From NCBI GenBank assembly GCA_965112155.1, contig OZ218099.1: a stretch of 64,000 nucleotides of DNA; one strand, given 5' to 3'. The notes beneath the pieces are model-generated. The model made no database searches and was not told where the DNA came from. It was given only the letters and a program-made list of their open reading frames with translations. This DNA is from Podarcis liolepis. Its lineage: Eukaryota. Shown one piece after another: positions 1 to 14,137 of this stretch (the stretch's first letter is position 1; every line of letters begins with the position of its first letter). A program made the translations under genes and the position numbers.

Positions 1-2030
1 GCCAGTCAGGAATTCACTTAGAGCTCAGTTCCACCTTCCTGTGCTTCTGAACTCCCATTGCAGAAGAACTAGTCGACGGTGATGACTGTTAATAAGGGGT
101 TAAATTGGGAAAGTGTATCGGAAATAAAACTCAGAATATTGGCCTCTGCAGAACTTCTCAACAGGGGTTCCAAGTTACAGATCCTATAGGTGGCGCTGAT
201 TGGTCTACATCAAATTCTAGGGGTTCATCACACAGGTCTCACATCTTCAAATATAGATGCTTCTGGATTGTGTGGGGTTTTTGGATGACTGAGTATCAGT
301 CACTAGTAGGGATGTAAAAGTCTGAGGTCCTCTGATTTTTAATAAAGCCCAATAAGAAAGGGCCCAGAAAAGAATTCCAGCAACAGACTGCACTTTTTCC
401 TGCAGTGGCTGAGCAGTGACCCTTCTGTTTCAAGTTCTAAAAGGGAAAACTGGGCATACTTACAAGTACTTCTCATCCTGCTTTTTTCTGGGTGTTCATG
501 ACACTCCTGTAAAGAGCCATATAAGAATGATGGAAGAAGAGGGAGAGGGGAATAGGCCATATCTCTTTCTCCTGGAAAGAAACAGGACTGTGCAAATAAT
601 GTGCATGCAACACCCAGCAAAGGCACTCTCTCAGCACCAGTCTCCAAAATGTCGTCATCCAGACCGTGCTGGCTTTTACCTCAGAATCGCAGCTGTGTTA
701 CCACCGTCAATAGCATGTGCCTGACTCAAGCACACCTTGAGTGTTTATGTTGGGAACTAATCCCTTTGTAAACTCTCCACAGGCTTTCTAAACAGAGACC
801 TAAAAAGAGAAAGCAATAATGTAGATAAAAACTGGCCTCAGTGTTCCTCTAGTAGAAACATAACACACACACATGCCATCTGAGGAGTGCCTTGTGCAAG
901 ATTCTGCCTGGAAGGTCCTGTCTATGGACAGGCAAAGTTTTATATGCCCCTCCATCTGGAGAATTTATTGTGTACTGAGTACTAGATAGTGATCTGGAGT
1001 GTATGGTACTGCCCTGCATTTACACAGATTGGTTACCTAATAAGGCTACTACTAATTTTAGCTGCTGATCTGGGGTGGTGAGAGAGAGAGAGAGAGAGAA
1101 TATGCCATTATTTTCCTTAGGAAATCTTGTACTAAATATCCCGGGTCTGGCAAACCCTGCTTATAGTCATTCTCTTGCCTGTGGTCGCTTCTGCATTGTG
1201 TAAAGAAGAGTTGGCAGGTGGGCAAAGACCACTGACCTAACATACGATGAGCTGGGAGTTCAGAGAATTCCACCAGCAGATTTCTGAAGCTCCACCACCT
1301 GGGGCTGCGACATATGCAATTGCCATTCCTCAGTGGATGAAGAGCTGCTAAGGCTTTAAAGGACTTGGTGGAACTTGACTGGCTTATGGCGTCAGACGAC
1401 TGTATTCAGGGCAGAACTGAAGTCTAGAGGGGCACCCTTGACCCACAGAGTTTAATCTGCTTACATGGCTGTCAAACCAGGGTGCTAGTAGTTCAGGGTG
1501 CTGGTAGTTCAGACCTACCTGTTGGGGGCCTGGGTTTGAACCCACCTGCCCCCATTTCTAGTTGCCTTTCCTTCAGCATTTTGTCTGAAGTTGTGCATAT
1601 TTGAGTGGGGATGGTTAGAAATTTATTGTTTTAATGCTTCACCTTATATTGGGTAGCATCCATATTCATTATTTCATTTTAACATGTTGATTAGACTATT
1701 AGTACATCATTTTAATTGGCACATAACTCTTAACACCCAATATCACAAATTATACTACCAGCTGTAAAGAAATAGCACCCTGTACAGGGTTCACAGTTGT
1801 GCAACTGCTGTGCCAGTAGCATGGTTCTCATGTAACTCTAAACCATGGTTTCGTGCTGTGTGCATGAGTTGGAGTTAACATGAGCAAAGATTCATGTTTG
1901 TATGTGTTCCCATCTTCTCTTTCCACATGGCCAGGAGGAAGACTTCTGCGGAGCTGTGTTTTGCTTTGCTTTTATCTTGGCTTTTCTTGTTGTGTGAAAC
2001 AAACACTGTCAGATTTCTACTCGACCAAAC

Positions 2031-2187
2031 ATCATAGAATCATAGGTTCATAGAATTGCAGAGTTGGAAGGGACCACAAGGGTCATATAGTCCAACCCCC
2101 TGCAATGCAGGAATCTTTCGCCCAATGTAGGGCTTGAACCCACAACCCTGCAATTAAAAGTCTCCTGCTCTACTGACTGAGCTATCC
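2031..2187 (-). mobile_element. tRNA-Lys-derived SINE with CR1 3' tail (related copies near 17187-17300 and 36081-36165)
   Basis: Minus strand reads GGATAGCTCAGTCAGTAGAGC...GGGTTCAAGCCC then CCCTTCCAACTC..(ATTCTATG)n CR1-type tail. Confidence 0.82.
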
Positions 2188-2264
2188 ATCAGTATATCTG
2201 GTCAAAACCATGATCTCTGCCTCATGCTACACAAGAACCTGAGATTAAGAGAGAGCAAAAGTAA

Positions 2265-2657
<393 letters not shown>

Positions 2658-5600
2658 TGATGCTAGGAACTTGTGAGCAGTTCTTGGGCTTAACATGATG
2701 TCAGGGATGAGCAGGGGGATTGGGAGAGGCAGGTGACAGGGAGGATGATCCAGGGGGAGGGGCCAGTGATTTGTGGGACTCTGCTGCCCTGAGGGGCTGC
2801 CAGGGATGGAGGTAGGGGGGAGTCAAGGGGAAGTGACTGGACAGTCAGAGACAGGGAGGCAGCGGGAAAAGAGCTGGCGGGTGGGTCTCAGAAGTTGAAG
2901 AGCCTTAGGAATCCCCTCCATGCTCAAGGAGGGACTTGAAGCTATGGGAGCAGCTGGATCTACCTGCCAGGAGAAGCCATCAGGTGCTTGTGTGCCCTGC
3001 GTCAAACCAGGGGGTTTAAGAAAGTAGGAATTGGCATGGCTACACTGTTGCTCCAACTGTGTGATGGAGCACAGGTCTGCAGAGGCCACGAATTCTTAAT
3101 CCCTCAAACTAAGGGCCAAAAGCCCAGATAAAAAGGAAAGGGTTCGCCTGGTGCATAAAACTAGACAAAGAGGGTATCAGGTGAGCCTTCCTGGGAAGAA
3201 CATTCCCAAAGTAAGGAGCCACCACTAAAAAGGCTCGTTCTCATGTTACCACCCTCCAGATGACCTGTGGAGGGGGCAAGTGGAGAAAGGCCTTAGATGG
3301 TGATTGCAGGGTCCAGGTGAGTTCATGTGAGGAAAAGCTTTCAAAATTCGGTGGGGAGGCGTTTGTCTTCAGGTATATGACCATTTTCTAGAGCCAGTAT
3401 GAAAGGACAATATGTTATGCATTTCCTCTTGCAAAGACAGCAGAAAGTATTCAGAGCTTTTCTTTAGAGGGTGTGTGTATTAAAAGCATAATGATGATTG
3501 TTTAAAATATTGGCTCTAAGACCTGGAGAGAACCTTTTCCAAAACATTCCTGGCTTTGTGGTATGGAAATCAAAAGAGATGCATAAAGAAAATGGACCTT
3601 GTCCAATCAGAATATATGTAAATAGAAGAAATTACCCAAGTTCACCTAATTATTAGTGAAAAGATGGTTGGTGGGTATGGGCAGGAGGTTTCTTACTGGG
3701 GCTTTTTGGAAGGAAGTATTTAAGCAACGCGATTGGAGTGGGCTACAGGGACAAGGAGGGGAATGACTCACAAGGTAGCCTCTCTCCCCAGCTGCCTAGA
3801 ACGTTGATTCTAATCACATTTTCTTGGAAGGAGACACACTTGCTTAAAGATATGCAATTGCTGTATTCAGCCTTTTCTAGAAAGCCGTAAAAGATCTAGG
3901 TTGTTTTTTGTGTTTTTTTTAGTGATTGGCATGCTGAACTGGTAAGTTGCATAAAAAATGGCTCAAAGGGGATGTTGTGGGTGGAACAGGTAGCATCTTG
4001 CCTGCTCCTGCTTTATTCATTGTGGTGGCCTATCACTCCTGATACAGGAACAGCTATGAACAATGGCTTCCACGTTTCAAATAAGACGTTAGCAGTTGGG
4101 GGGCTTTGCTCAGTTTTGCAATAGAAAATGCATCTGACTCCCACTTGCAAGCTGTTGCAGTTTTTGGCTGTTATATTTATTCTTCAGACCTTTTTCTCTT
4201 GCATGATGGCTTTTTCATGCACAACCCTAAAATGCTTTTCAGTCTCTCTTCCATTTGTCTGTGCGTGTGGGTGCTGTTTTTAATGAGGTTCAAATCAGGA
4301 AAGAACCATTTTAGTGCATATTCTAGACCACACAGATTTTATGGTCATGTTTACAGGCCGAAGAGAGTTTCCTTCACTCTTTCCTGCAGATTTGTAATGG
4401 TGAGAGTAAAATATGTACCATATTTATCAAGTGAAGTGTGCTTTCTTTTCAAGAGCATTAGATAAAAGCTAATATCCAATTTTCTTTAAAATATGTACAT
4501 GATTTAGTTTGATTCTCTTAACCAAATCATGCCCAGGTTTCTGTCACTCACAACGGTAGATTCAATTCCCTTCTGGTGTCTGAATTCCTGTCGTCTTGTT
4601 CCCCCTCCACACACTGAGCTGGTTTGCAAGACACGGTAATACAAAATACGCCTTCGCAAAGCCGCCTGAATGTTCCAGTTTACAGGTAACAGCTCATATC
4701 CACTTTTACTCCTCTCTGTTCCTTTTGACTGCTGTGCTGAGCTGAGCCAAGAACAAACCATGGTTACAGCTTGTGGTAAGTTAAAAGAATGCTTCACTGA
4801 GAGTTGGGCTGACGTGGTAAGCCAAACCTAAGCCAAAGCTTAGCTCAGAATGGTGCAGCAGTAAAAATTACGAGAGAGGAGCAAAGTGGCTATGAGCATG
4901 ATCTTGCGAAGCCAAGGATTGGCTTATGTATCACGCCAATGGGGCTCATTCGATCAACATGTGGAAGGTTGCAGGATTGCGGCAGGTGACTCCGCTGCCC
5001 ACCTGTGTGTGGCTAAGAGCCCCACTCCCAATCTGTGTGTGTTCAGTGGAACATAATGGCAAGTCCTACTCAGGTGTGTAGTTGGGAAACGTGGTCATGG
5101 CATAGCTCCTCATTGAACGGATTGGCTTCATGCAAGGTCAGCACACACAAGTTGGCAGCAGAGCCAGCAGCTGTGACACACACCCCTCCCTGTCCTAATA
5201 TGTGAAGCAGAACCATGCCATTATCTCCTGCAGAAGTTTATTTGCCTGGAGCTAAGCTCTCCTCTATAAAGACATGTCTGCATAAGGCTATTTTCAATTA
5301 TCTTGTCCTTGCAAGCAGTGCTGCACCTCTGCTGTGACAAACACACACGCTGGCAAATTGTCTCTTATCCTCCAAATGGCAGATTTGGGGTGATGTGTTT
5401 GTGGCTTGTAGCACCATTGTGGTTAGCAGGAGCTCCCAGGGTAGAACAACACCCTGTGCAATGCTTTCTGATTCAACTCCCCCAACACTTCAGGTTGTGG
5501 CCTGCAGAAATAATGTTGGAAAGGCAAGGAACTCCAGTGTGGGCATGTCCTGAGGAAGAAGGCACTTAGCAGTTCTTTGGAAGCTGTCACGTCTTCAATA

Positions 5601-8299
5601 AAAACATGTTTTTAAGGTCAAAATGAAGCATCAGGCCTGCAGTTCAAGCATCAGCATGTAGATGCTCATGAATCAGCAAAGCTCCTATCTTGTTGTTTTA
5701 TTAATACAGAACAGTGCTTTAAAGGAAGTTGATTAAATTAGAGAGTTGGGTTTTGGTACAGGCTTGCTTGTATCCTTTTGAAAATTATGACTTAGCTCTC
5801 TTTGTTGATTAAAATGCAAGCATATCTGGATTTTAACCAGGCATCCGTTTTGAAGAGAGATCGCTCAGACAAGGCCATCCCTTATCAGATGTAGGTTTTA
5901 CTGGCAAAGTATGCATTTTTCTTTTATTCATTTGCAAATTGTATTGCTTTGTATTATTACGCATTTATATAAACAGCACACCATCTCACCCAGCCTAGCC
6001 TATAACTTTTCCCAAAAGCTAACAATAAATTATACAGGAAGAAATAGTTAAATGTAAACACGGAGGGCGGGAGAGAGAATTGGTGCAGTGCCAACGTATG
6101 GAACTGGGCTGTCCAGTCACTAGCACCATCTGTGAGATGGCTGGGGACATCCACTGCGTTCTGAATGACGCTGCCGCTGCTACCGCTGCTGCCTCTCAGG
6201 GGCTGCCAACCACATTGTCACTACTGTGGTCTGTTTGCCATGCCTGGTCCTTAAGGGGCTTGGAGCAGCCAACAGCACCATCCAGATTGCAGCTGTTGGG
6301 ACTGGCTAGGCAGGTGTAAGGAAGATGAATGGGAATGACATAGTTTCTCTTCCTCCAATCCCAGGGGACCAAGCTGCTGCTGCTGCTTTTGGTTTATGCA
6401 TGGAGCAGGAAGCAGGAGACAGCCACAAGAAACCCATGGCCACTTTGTAAGTGGTGCAGCTTCTTACCTAGGGAAGAACAGATATATAGATGACCAGAAC
6501 ATGCATTTTCCTCCTCTGTATGTGGGCTAATTGAAGGAGTCATGTGTTGCTACAACACTTCCTTCTGGTCAGAGGGGCAATAATACTATGTCCCCAGTAC
6601 TAAATTTCCCACATATTTCTCCTTGTAGGCTATTTTGTTCAGGAAAAAATAAAGCATTATGCCTGAGCTCCCTAGTGAATAGCACCCTTGTATTGTAAGA
6701 GAATAATGGCAAAATGGAAGCAATCTGTTTTACAGAGAGCTGGTTATTTAAATTCCACCTACTGAATACTTGTGTGCCAGACAAGCTGTTGACATTTGAA
6801 TTCTTCCCCCCCCCCCTCCAAATGAGGTTTGTTTTGTGGTATTCTGTGAAATCACCAGAAATCTGCTATGGCTTTGGGAGATCATGTGAGTGCCTAGAAA
6901 GTCTGAGGGAAGCTTTTAGTCTGGAGAGAGAGCGAGAGCACTCCTGTTCAGAGAGATTGTAGTGCTGTGAAGCTGATCTGTAGTCATAAAGAACAGGTCT
7001 CCTAAATGCTTATATCAGCAAACAAGTTTGACCTGGGACCTTTTATAAGGATCAGGGAGTGCTATCTATTGTGCTATCTACTGGTGCATGCGACATGCTG
7101 GCTTCTTGGTGCATGAATATTCCATTTGCCTAGTATGAGTACGGTTTCCTCCTTTTGGCCAGAGCAGAATCCTTGCACCACCACTTGTTCAAGAGGTGCT
7201 GCTGTTTGGCCAAGTTCTTTGACCAAGCCCTTCCTGTGTTGGCCATTATATGACCTATTAACCCTGAACTCCCTCTGTTGCTTGTGATTAGGTAAGGTTT
7301 ATATTGCAGAAGCTAGTCAACGGGATTCTTTACAACAGGGTATAAGACCTTATTCACAGTTAAGATTTCTAGGGACTTGCACTGATCAATTTGTATTTGC
7401 AATATTTTAAAAATTACAGAGCTCAGAAAAGGAGGTGCCTCTGTAACAACTGACTCTCCCATCTTTGCTTTATCACTCATCTAGTAAGGTCCACTTTAGG
7501 GCCAGTCCTCTCAGAACTGATTTTTGCTGTTCAAATACTATACAGGCAATTCTGCTTATTTACAGTTGCCACAAAAAGGGGTAGGATAACGAATAAGTCA
7601 GTTTTACAGACGGTTCTTGCACTAGGGCATTTAATTCATTTCTTATACGGAGATGAATTGCATATAGGGGAGTCCTTTCAGAAGGCTGGAATAGTTTTCA
7701 CAGAGAATTTAGCTGTAAATTCTGAGAGTTTCAGAGAAGTAGAAGGAACACACCCAATAATGTGTGTGTGTATCTGTCGCACACCCTACTGTTCAGTGTT
7801 TTTCCCCCTGCAGGATTAATAGTTGAGTGAATTGCCACTTTGTAAGAGGAGGGACCAAAGGTCATGAATTCTTCACATAGGAAGGGTGGTGCCAGGCTTG
7901 CAACACTAATCTTTGCTTTCTCAGCAGTTAAATTGCCATGCCAAAGAGTTTAAATCCCCTTTGGTGAAAGGAGTGGAGATTGTGTTAAAAGGTTTGAATG
8001 GGTGGAATTTATCTCCCCTGTTAGAAGTTGCAAGGCTGTCTCAAAAAGATGCTAATTCAAGCATCCATTTAAAAGGCATTATTCGGATTGCTGGGCCATG
8101 AGAGTCTTTCCTTTAAGGTCATGTATTTTAACTTCTAATATAATAATGGCCAGTTTAAAAGCCCCACCCCACAATAAAGGAAAACGTATTCAGAATTCCA
8201 TGGTGGGATGGATTACGATGTACAGGTATTTAGGGGTGACCTTCCACTAACTGCTACCATGACTGAACCAGAAATCAACCATGGTTGATACCAGAAAGA

Positions 8300-8460
8300 A
8301 ATGAGATTCTGACTAAACAATAGGAAGAATTTTCTGACAGTAAGAGCCATTCAACAGTGGAAGTGGTGGCCTCTACTATCTATCAGCGATTCTTTAGCTG
8401 TGATTCCTGTGTTGCAGAGAGTTACACTGTTGGGTTCTCTTCCAACTCTACGGTTCTAGG
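8300..8460 (+). mobile_element. CR1 LINE 3' fragment (others near 19260-19345 and 45090-45185)
   Basis: AGGAAGAATTTTCTGACAGTAAGAGC...CTTCCAACTCTACGGTTCTA CR1 3' signature. Confidence 0.7.
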
Positions 8461-8541
8461 CTGAAGTTAGAATAGAGAGCGTGACAATTGTTCCAAGTGT
8501 GGCTGGTTAGAGCCTGTTGGCTCTCCTTTCCTTATTGCAGC

Positions 8542-8700
8542 CAGGGCGTAGCCAGGAGGGGCCAGGGGCAGCTGCCTCCCCCCAAAAAAATCTAGAAAAT
8601 AAAAATAAAATAACTAACTGACGAATTGCATCACAGATAACTCAGTTCTGCTCCCCCTAACATAAAGCCTGTCCCCCAATAAATCCTGACTACGCCCATG
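8542..8700. mobile_element. Short TIR element (hAT-like MITE)
   Basis: Ends CAGGGCGTAGCCAGGA / TCCTGACTACGCCCATG. Confidence 0.7.
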
Positions 8701-9637
8701 TCTGCACTCCAGCACAAAATGCAGCTGGGTGCCATTTTGGAAGAAGCACAGAAACCATCCCCAGTTAAATTTGATCATGTAGGTTTTGCTGATAGGCACA
8801 ACCTTAAAAAAAAGTACTGCTTAATGATGTGTTCTGCAGAGTGGAATGTACAGAACATCCTGTTTGGTGCTAGAAGGCAAACTTTGACATTAGAACTATT
8901 AGAACCTCATACATCTGGAACTATTAGAGCCTGTACTGCAACTTAAACTGGATTTCTGAGCTGTAGGGAGACTGTGTACAAACAGTCCCCGCCCATATTT
9001 ATTCTTATCTTAATTGCAAATTGTTTTTTTAAAAAACCTATCTAAGGTTCTCTGGCTTCCTCCCCTGCATCCTGTATTCACTGACTTTTCTAACCTTTAT
9101 GCCTTACTAAATTGACTGGCACACTCCTTTCTCCTCATCCCGTCCCAAACCCAAATAAGGCTATGTAAATATCGTAACATGGCTAATATTGATCCAAGCT
9201 AAACTGGGGTTAGTCCTCTCCAATCGTCTACAAACTGGTCTCAAACTGGCTCCACATCAAATTCTATATCCACTCAATAGTGAAGGAAGGCCGCTGAATT
9301 TAAACGAATTTAAAGCTGAGATAGCAAATTACAGCACAGAGAATAACAATGGTTGTGCCTGGCAAATAGAAATCTGTAACTGAAATATGAAAACTACAGT
9401 CACAAATATACCTTCATGCATGCAGCACAAGACTAAAAAAGAGAGAATGCAGCCACCATAATCAGATTAGCAAGATTCAAAGTTATTTGAGTTGACTCAT
9501 TCCAAACTGATGTGACTGCTTTGACTCTACAGTTTCTCATCTCAGCAATTCTAGGGCTGCAGAAAGAAACGGCAAGGAAGTGAAATGTCTCAGTGGGGGA
9601 AACTAGGGTTAGTAGGGTGATTACTGCAGAGCAAGCC

Positions 9638-9895
9638 TGTTAAGTTGCGGGTGAACATATCAGACGACACAGAGATTCTTCAAACAGCTCTTGTTTATTC
9701 ACAGGCCAGAACAGAACTGAACTGAAGGGTTCAGCCAGCCTGCTTATATAGAGCTCCACTAGAACGCAACAGTAACCATTTTCTGTAACTATCCAATCAC
9801 TGAACATCACTTTCGATCCCTTATTTGCATATGTGGGCCTGAACTATCTACAGTATCCCCCTGCTGGCCCAGGGTGAGAACTTCAGTACATAACA
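9638..9895 (-). mobile_element. Solo LTR (258 bp) of an LTR retrotransposon
   Basis: TGTTA...TAACA termini; 5-bp TSD AAGCC (9633-9637, 9896-9900); minus-strand TATATAA (9744-9750) upstream of AATAAA (9694-9699). Confidence 0.88.
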
Positions 9896-10217
9896 AAGCC
9901 CACTGGCTTGGTTGAAATATTTCAGTGGCATTAATATATTACATATCTGAGGGCAAGATTTTCAGTGTACATTGGTCTTAGTTGCATAGGTAGGGAAGAG
10001 AGAGAGAGAGAGATTTTTTGAAAGCCCCAAGTTGGAAATAGGTTTAAGTTGGCATACACTCAAACCTGGACTCCACAATAATATCCAGTTTCCTTGACCC
10101 TCCCTGAGGTGAAAGAAACGTGCTTCTCTCAATGAAGATCCCTCTTGGATTACAAGGGGAGCAGAGCTGGCACTCAGCTCCTTGTCTCTCCCAAAGATTG
10201 GCGAAGCCTCTCTAGTA

Positions 10218-10476
10218 CTTGGGTAGGCAAACTAAGGCCCAGGGGCCGGATCCGACCCAATCGCCTTCTAAATCTGGCCCGTGGACGGTCCGGGGATCAG
10301 CGTGTTTTTACCCGAGTAGAATGTGTGCTTTTATTTAAAATGCACCTCTGGGTTATTTGTGGGGCATGGGAATTCATTCATTTTTTATTTTATTTTTTCA
10401 AAATATAGTCCGGCCCCCCCACAAGGTCTGAGGGACAGTGGACCAGCCCCCTGCTGAAAAAGTTTACTGACCCCTG
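10218..10476. mobile_element. hAT-Charlie-like MITE (second copy of the 44470 family)
   Basis: Colinear similarity to 44470-44725 over its full length; ends ...TTTACTGACCCCTG. Confidence 0.8.
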
Positions 10477-13400
10477 CCATGAACCAAGTGCCTTAGGCTT
10501 ATTGGTTGTTTTCACCAACCCTGAGGGTGGCACAAGACATAACCTGTCAAATTTTGTAATATAGCTCAAGTCCGTCTTATCCTAACTAGTTAGGACCACA
10601 GCTGAGTGTTACAGCACTTACTCTGCATGCAGAAGTTTCTGTGCTCAGTGGGGCTGGCATTGCACCCTGCCTGAAACCTGGAGGGCTGCTGTCAACCAGG
10701 GTCAACAGTGCTGGACTAGATGGGCCTAGTGGTCTGACTAAGGCAACTTCCTACGATCAGAGGGCCTGCTGCCACAATGCAAGGAGCACACTGCTCAATT
10801 GGTAGCAGCCAGCAAAATGAGTCTGAGCGTCGCTCATTCCACAAAGGCCTCTCCTGGAGCAGGACCTGAGCCTGAAGCGGAAGTGGACAAGGCTTAGCTA
10901 TGCCTTTTGGCTTTCTCCTCTTGGAGGAATGTTGGAACGCCTGTCATGCAGTTGCTAAAGGCACCGGGCCTCTGTCACCAAAGGAAGCGGCACACCTAGT
11001 TGGCAAACATTTGACTTGCTTTCGATTTGTATTATTTGGAGCCGTGTGAGACAAAGGGCGGGATTTGCAGACAAAAGTGGCAGACAGCATTCAAGAAGTT
11101 TTGAAATCTAGGAGAGCAATTACTAATAAGATTGAGCTATGGGCAGTTTGATTCTTTTTAAGAGGGTGGAGAGTACATGGGAGAAGGGGGGGGGGGTGAC
11201 CAGAGAACAGCCAGGTAATAGCATTGCTTGCTTTTTAAACAAGGAAGCAGAAATGCAAAGAATGTGCTTTTGGCATTACTCTTTTCTTCTTTGTCTCTCT
11301 CAAGAGCCAAAGGTGTCCCGTTGAAGTCATGTTGTCTTCCCAAGCACTCATTCATCCCTTGTTCTGAGCAAATGGTTTGCACCCACCCCATATGAACAAA
11401 CTGTTCACCCAAGAATGCTCCTGGATTTCTGTATCTGTTGAAGTGAACTCTAACCCATTCAGCTTCATGCAATAATAAATCTGTTAGACTTTGAGATGCT
11501 CCTAGACTCTGCCATAAGCTATCAAAGAGTCAGTGGCGACTCCAGAATTTTCTGTGCACTTTGTTTTCAAAGCATTCCTCCCCCTTCTTTTTTTACAGAT
11601 GTAAACTTATGATCTATGTCAGAAATGACATTAAATAATGCTCGTAGGACTTTCCCCATTAAGTTTTCAAGTACCCACCTGTAATAAACACCTTCCGCCA
11701 TGCTAAATAACTGTGTTTTTATTTGGGGGGGGGTGTTTCCAAGTACACGAGCAGCAAATAGTAAAATTACTTTTCACGGGTTTAGATGCTGATTACAGAG
11801 AGTGGTTGCAGTCTCAGTGTACAGTCAGCCCTTCAGCACTAACAAGGTGATATATGTCCTGATGGTATTGTGACACGAACCTGGCTCAAGCTGCATTATA
11901 GATTGTGCCAGAACATGCTGTATAGATAGATTAACAGCAATGATCAGTGCATGGGAATTTATTGGTGCATGAGTCAGGAGATGCTTGACACAGTTGAAAT
12001 GTTTATTGCAACAAAGCAAAGCTCTATGACACATGACAGTGAACAAAGGTCACTCCACTGGGTTTCTCCTGTCGCAGAAAAATTAGCCACACCTGAGTGA
12101 TAATAGAATAACGATGATAATAGAATTTGCAGAGATTGCTCACTGTAAATATTTGTTGATGTGAGTACTGCTAAAAGCGTGCATATGCAAAGTATATGCA
12201 CTTCTAGTTCCAGAGTAGGAGAAACCAGTGGGGGGGAAATCCTCCAAATCAGGTGAATAGTCACCTGATGGATAAGAGATGGATGTGTTTCTGTGTGTAT
12301 ATATGGTTTTAGTTTTATTTTATTTTAATTATATTCAAGGCAATATGCATGAGGATTTGAGGTGGTTTCCCATCCCAGCACGGACCAGAGAGACTGGCTT
12401 AGTTTTAGCAAGGTGGCTGCATCATTTGCCCTCAGCCCATGCCCTAGCTGACAATTAGGCCTCACCTACATGGGTTACCAATTTGAATAGTTCGGGCCCT
12501 GAAACTCGATTCTTGTGTCACCAAAATGATACCCCGACTTCAGTGCTGCCTCAGTTCCCAAACGGATAGCCCTTCCCCCAAAAGGCAGTGGTACTTCCAG
12601 GCCACTCAAAAGCTGAAATTTGGCACATATGGAGTCTAAGTCATTCCAAGTACAAGATATATCTCGAAACAGGGCAATTTCACAAAGGAGGGGACATGAA
12701 GTGTAATCCTGAATATATTCCTTATAATCCAGCACAGAGCAAGCCAGTCTGCACATAGAACAGAGTGTTGATGTTTTTGGAGTTGGCTCCTTCCCTGGAC
12801 TGAGATTTGGGGTAGGGGGCACTTTTAGCTGCAGACAAAAACATAGTTCACCACTTGCAAAATATGAAGGGGTATGTGCATGTGATAGTTCAGATAAATA
12901 CCTGAACTACAGTGGACAAATTTGACTTGCTCCCTTAGTTCAGACTCCAGTGTAGCTAATCCTTTTACTTCATAGACATGTTCAAGACAAATTATTAAAA
13001 TTCAAGCCTGATTGGTTGTGAAAAGGCGTGACTTTTAGGGACTTCAGGGGAATGTTGTGATGGGCAAAACATATTTTTTAGCACTATTACAAAACAACAG
13101 GCAAACCCCTGAGAACCAGCTGCAGGCTTCATCTTCAAATTAAAGCAGAAAAAGGAGCACTGTGAGTTTTAGGATGCTTCTGAGCTGTTTCCACGTCAGC
13201 TCTCAACTATGACAACTATTTCATCCTGTTGGCAAGTTCAAGTATCTGCAGCAGCCCTCTCTGTTCAAGCTGCAATCGAAACCTGTAAACAAATGCGTAA
13301 GTGGAGTCATGAGCATTGAAGCTGCTTCAGATGGGCCTGCAGGTACAGGGAGCATAGGAGGGCTGGTTTTCATTTTGTGTGAGAGGGCAATGATCTGAAA

Positions 13401-14088
13401 GGAAGTTTCCTGTGGGCTGAAGTCAAGGCTTTGTTTTCTCCCGTTTACTCTGTGGGAGGTCTTGGGGGACATGATCGGATGGGCGTTCAGGGTTAGGCAG
13501 ACGTCAGAGTAACATAATAACTAAAGGAATCAGCTGCAAACCAGGAAGTCTCTTGTTCCCATCCTCACCTCTGCGGTGAAAACTTTCTTGGTAGCCCTTA
13601 GGCAAGCTGTGTCTCTTCTCAGCCTCAACATCACTGCATCTGCAGTGTGAGGATAATAATACTGAACAACCCTTCAGGATTATTTCAACAACTACAGTAT
13701 TTGAATAAAGAGGTTTATGAATGTGAGGCAGTAGCAATATTTCTGTTTGGAAGAGCTGTAAGTTAGACAGTCCTGATTTTGTGTGAGAACTTGTATGTTG
13801 TTTATTATAATGTTCTTAAGCAGCAAGCGCCCGAGTTTGACTTAAAACACCTTACAATAACATTTTAGAAGTAGGGACTTGTGCCCAACAGCAAGTTGCT
13901 CTGCTGTGCCAAAAATAACAATAGCAATAAAAAAAATAGTTGGAGTGTTACTTAGTTTGGGGGAAGAAGAAGCTGGTTTGTTCCAAGAAGAGGGTTTTGT
14001 TGTTGTTGTTGTTCTCTCTGATAGCAAACGAGCTGTTCTCTGAAATATAATTTCCAGCTGCCCATTTAAAACTTTCTTTTTTTGACAG

Positions 14089-14137
14089 ATCATGATCGAG
14101 TTTTGCCCTGGTGGAGCAGTGGATGCTACCATGCTGG
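14089..14137 (+). CDS. STK10: STK10 exon 3 (IMIEFCPGGAVDATML)
   Basis: tttgacag|ATC...CTGG|gtaagt, 49 nt, phase fits exons 2 and 4. Confidence 0.96.

Noticed and set aside
2110-2187. tRNA-Lys gene on the minus strand
   Set aside because: Degenerate stems and direct fusion to a CR1-type tail mark it as a SINE head.
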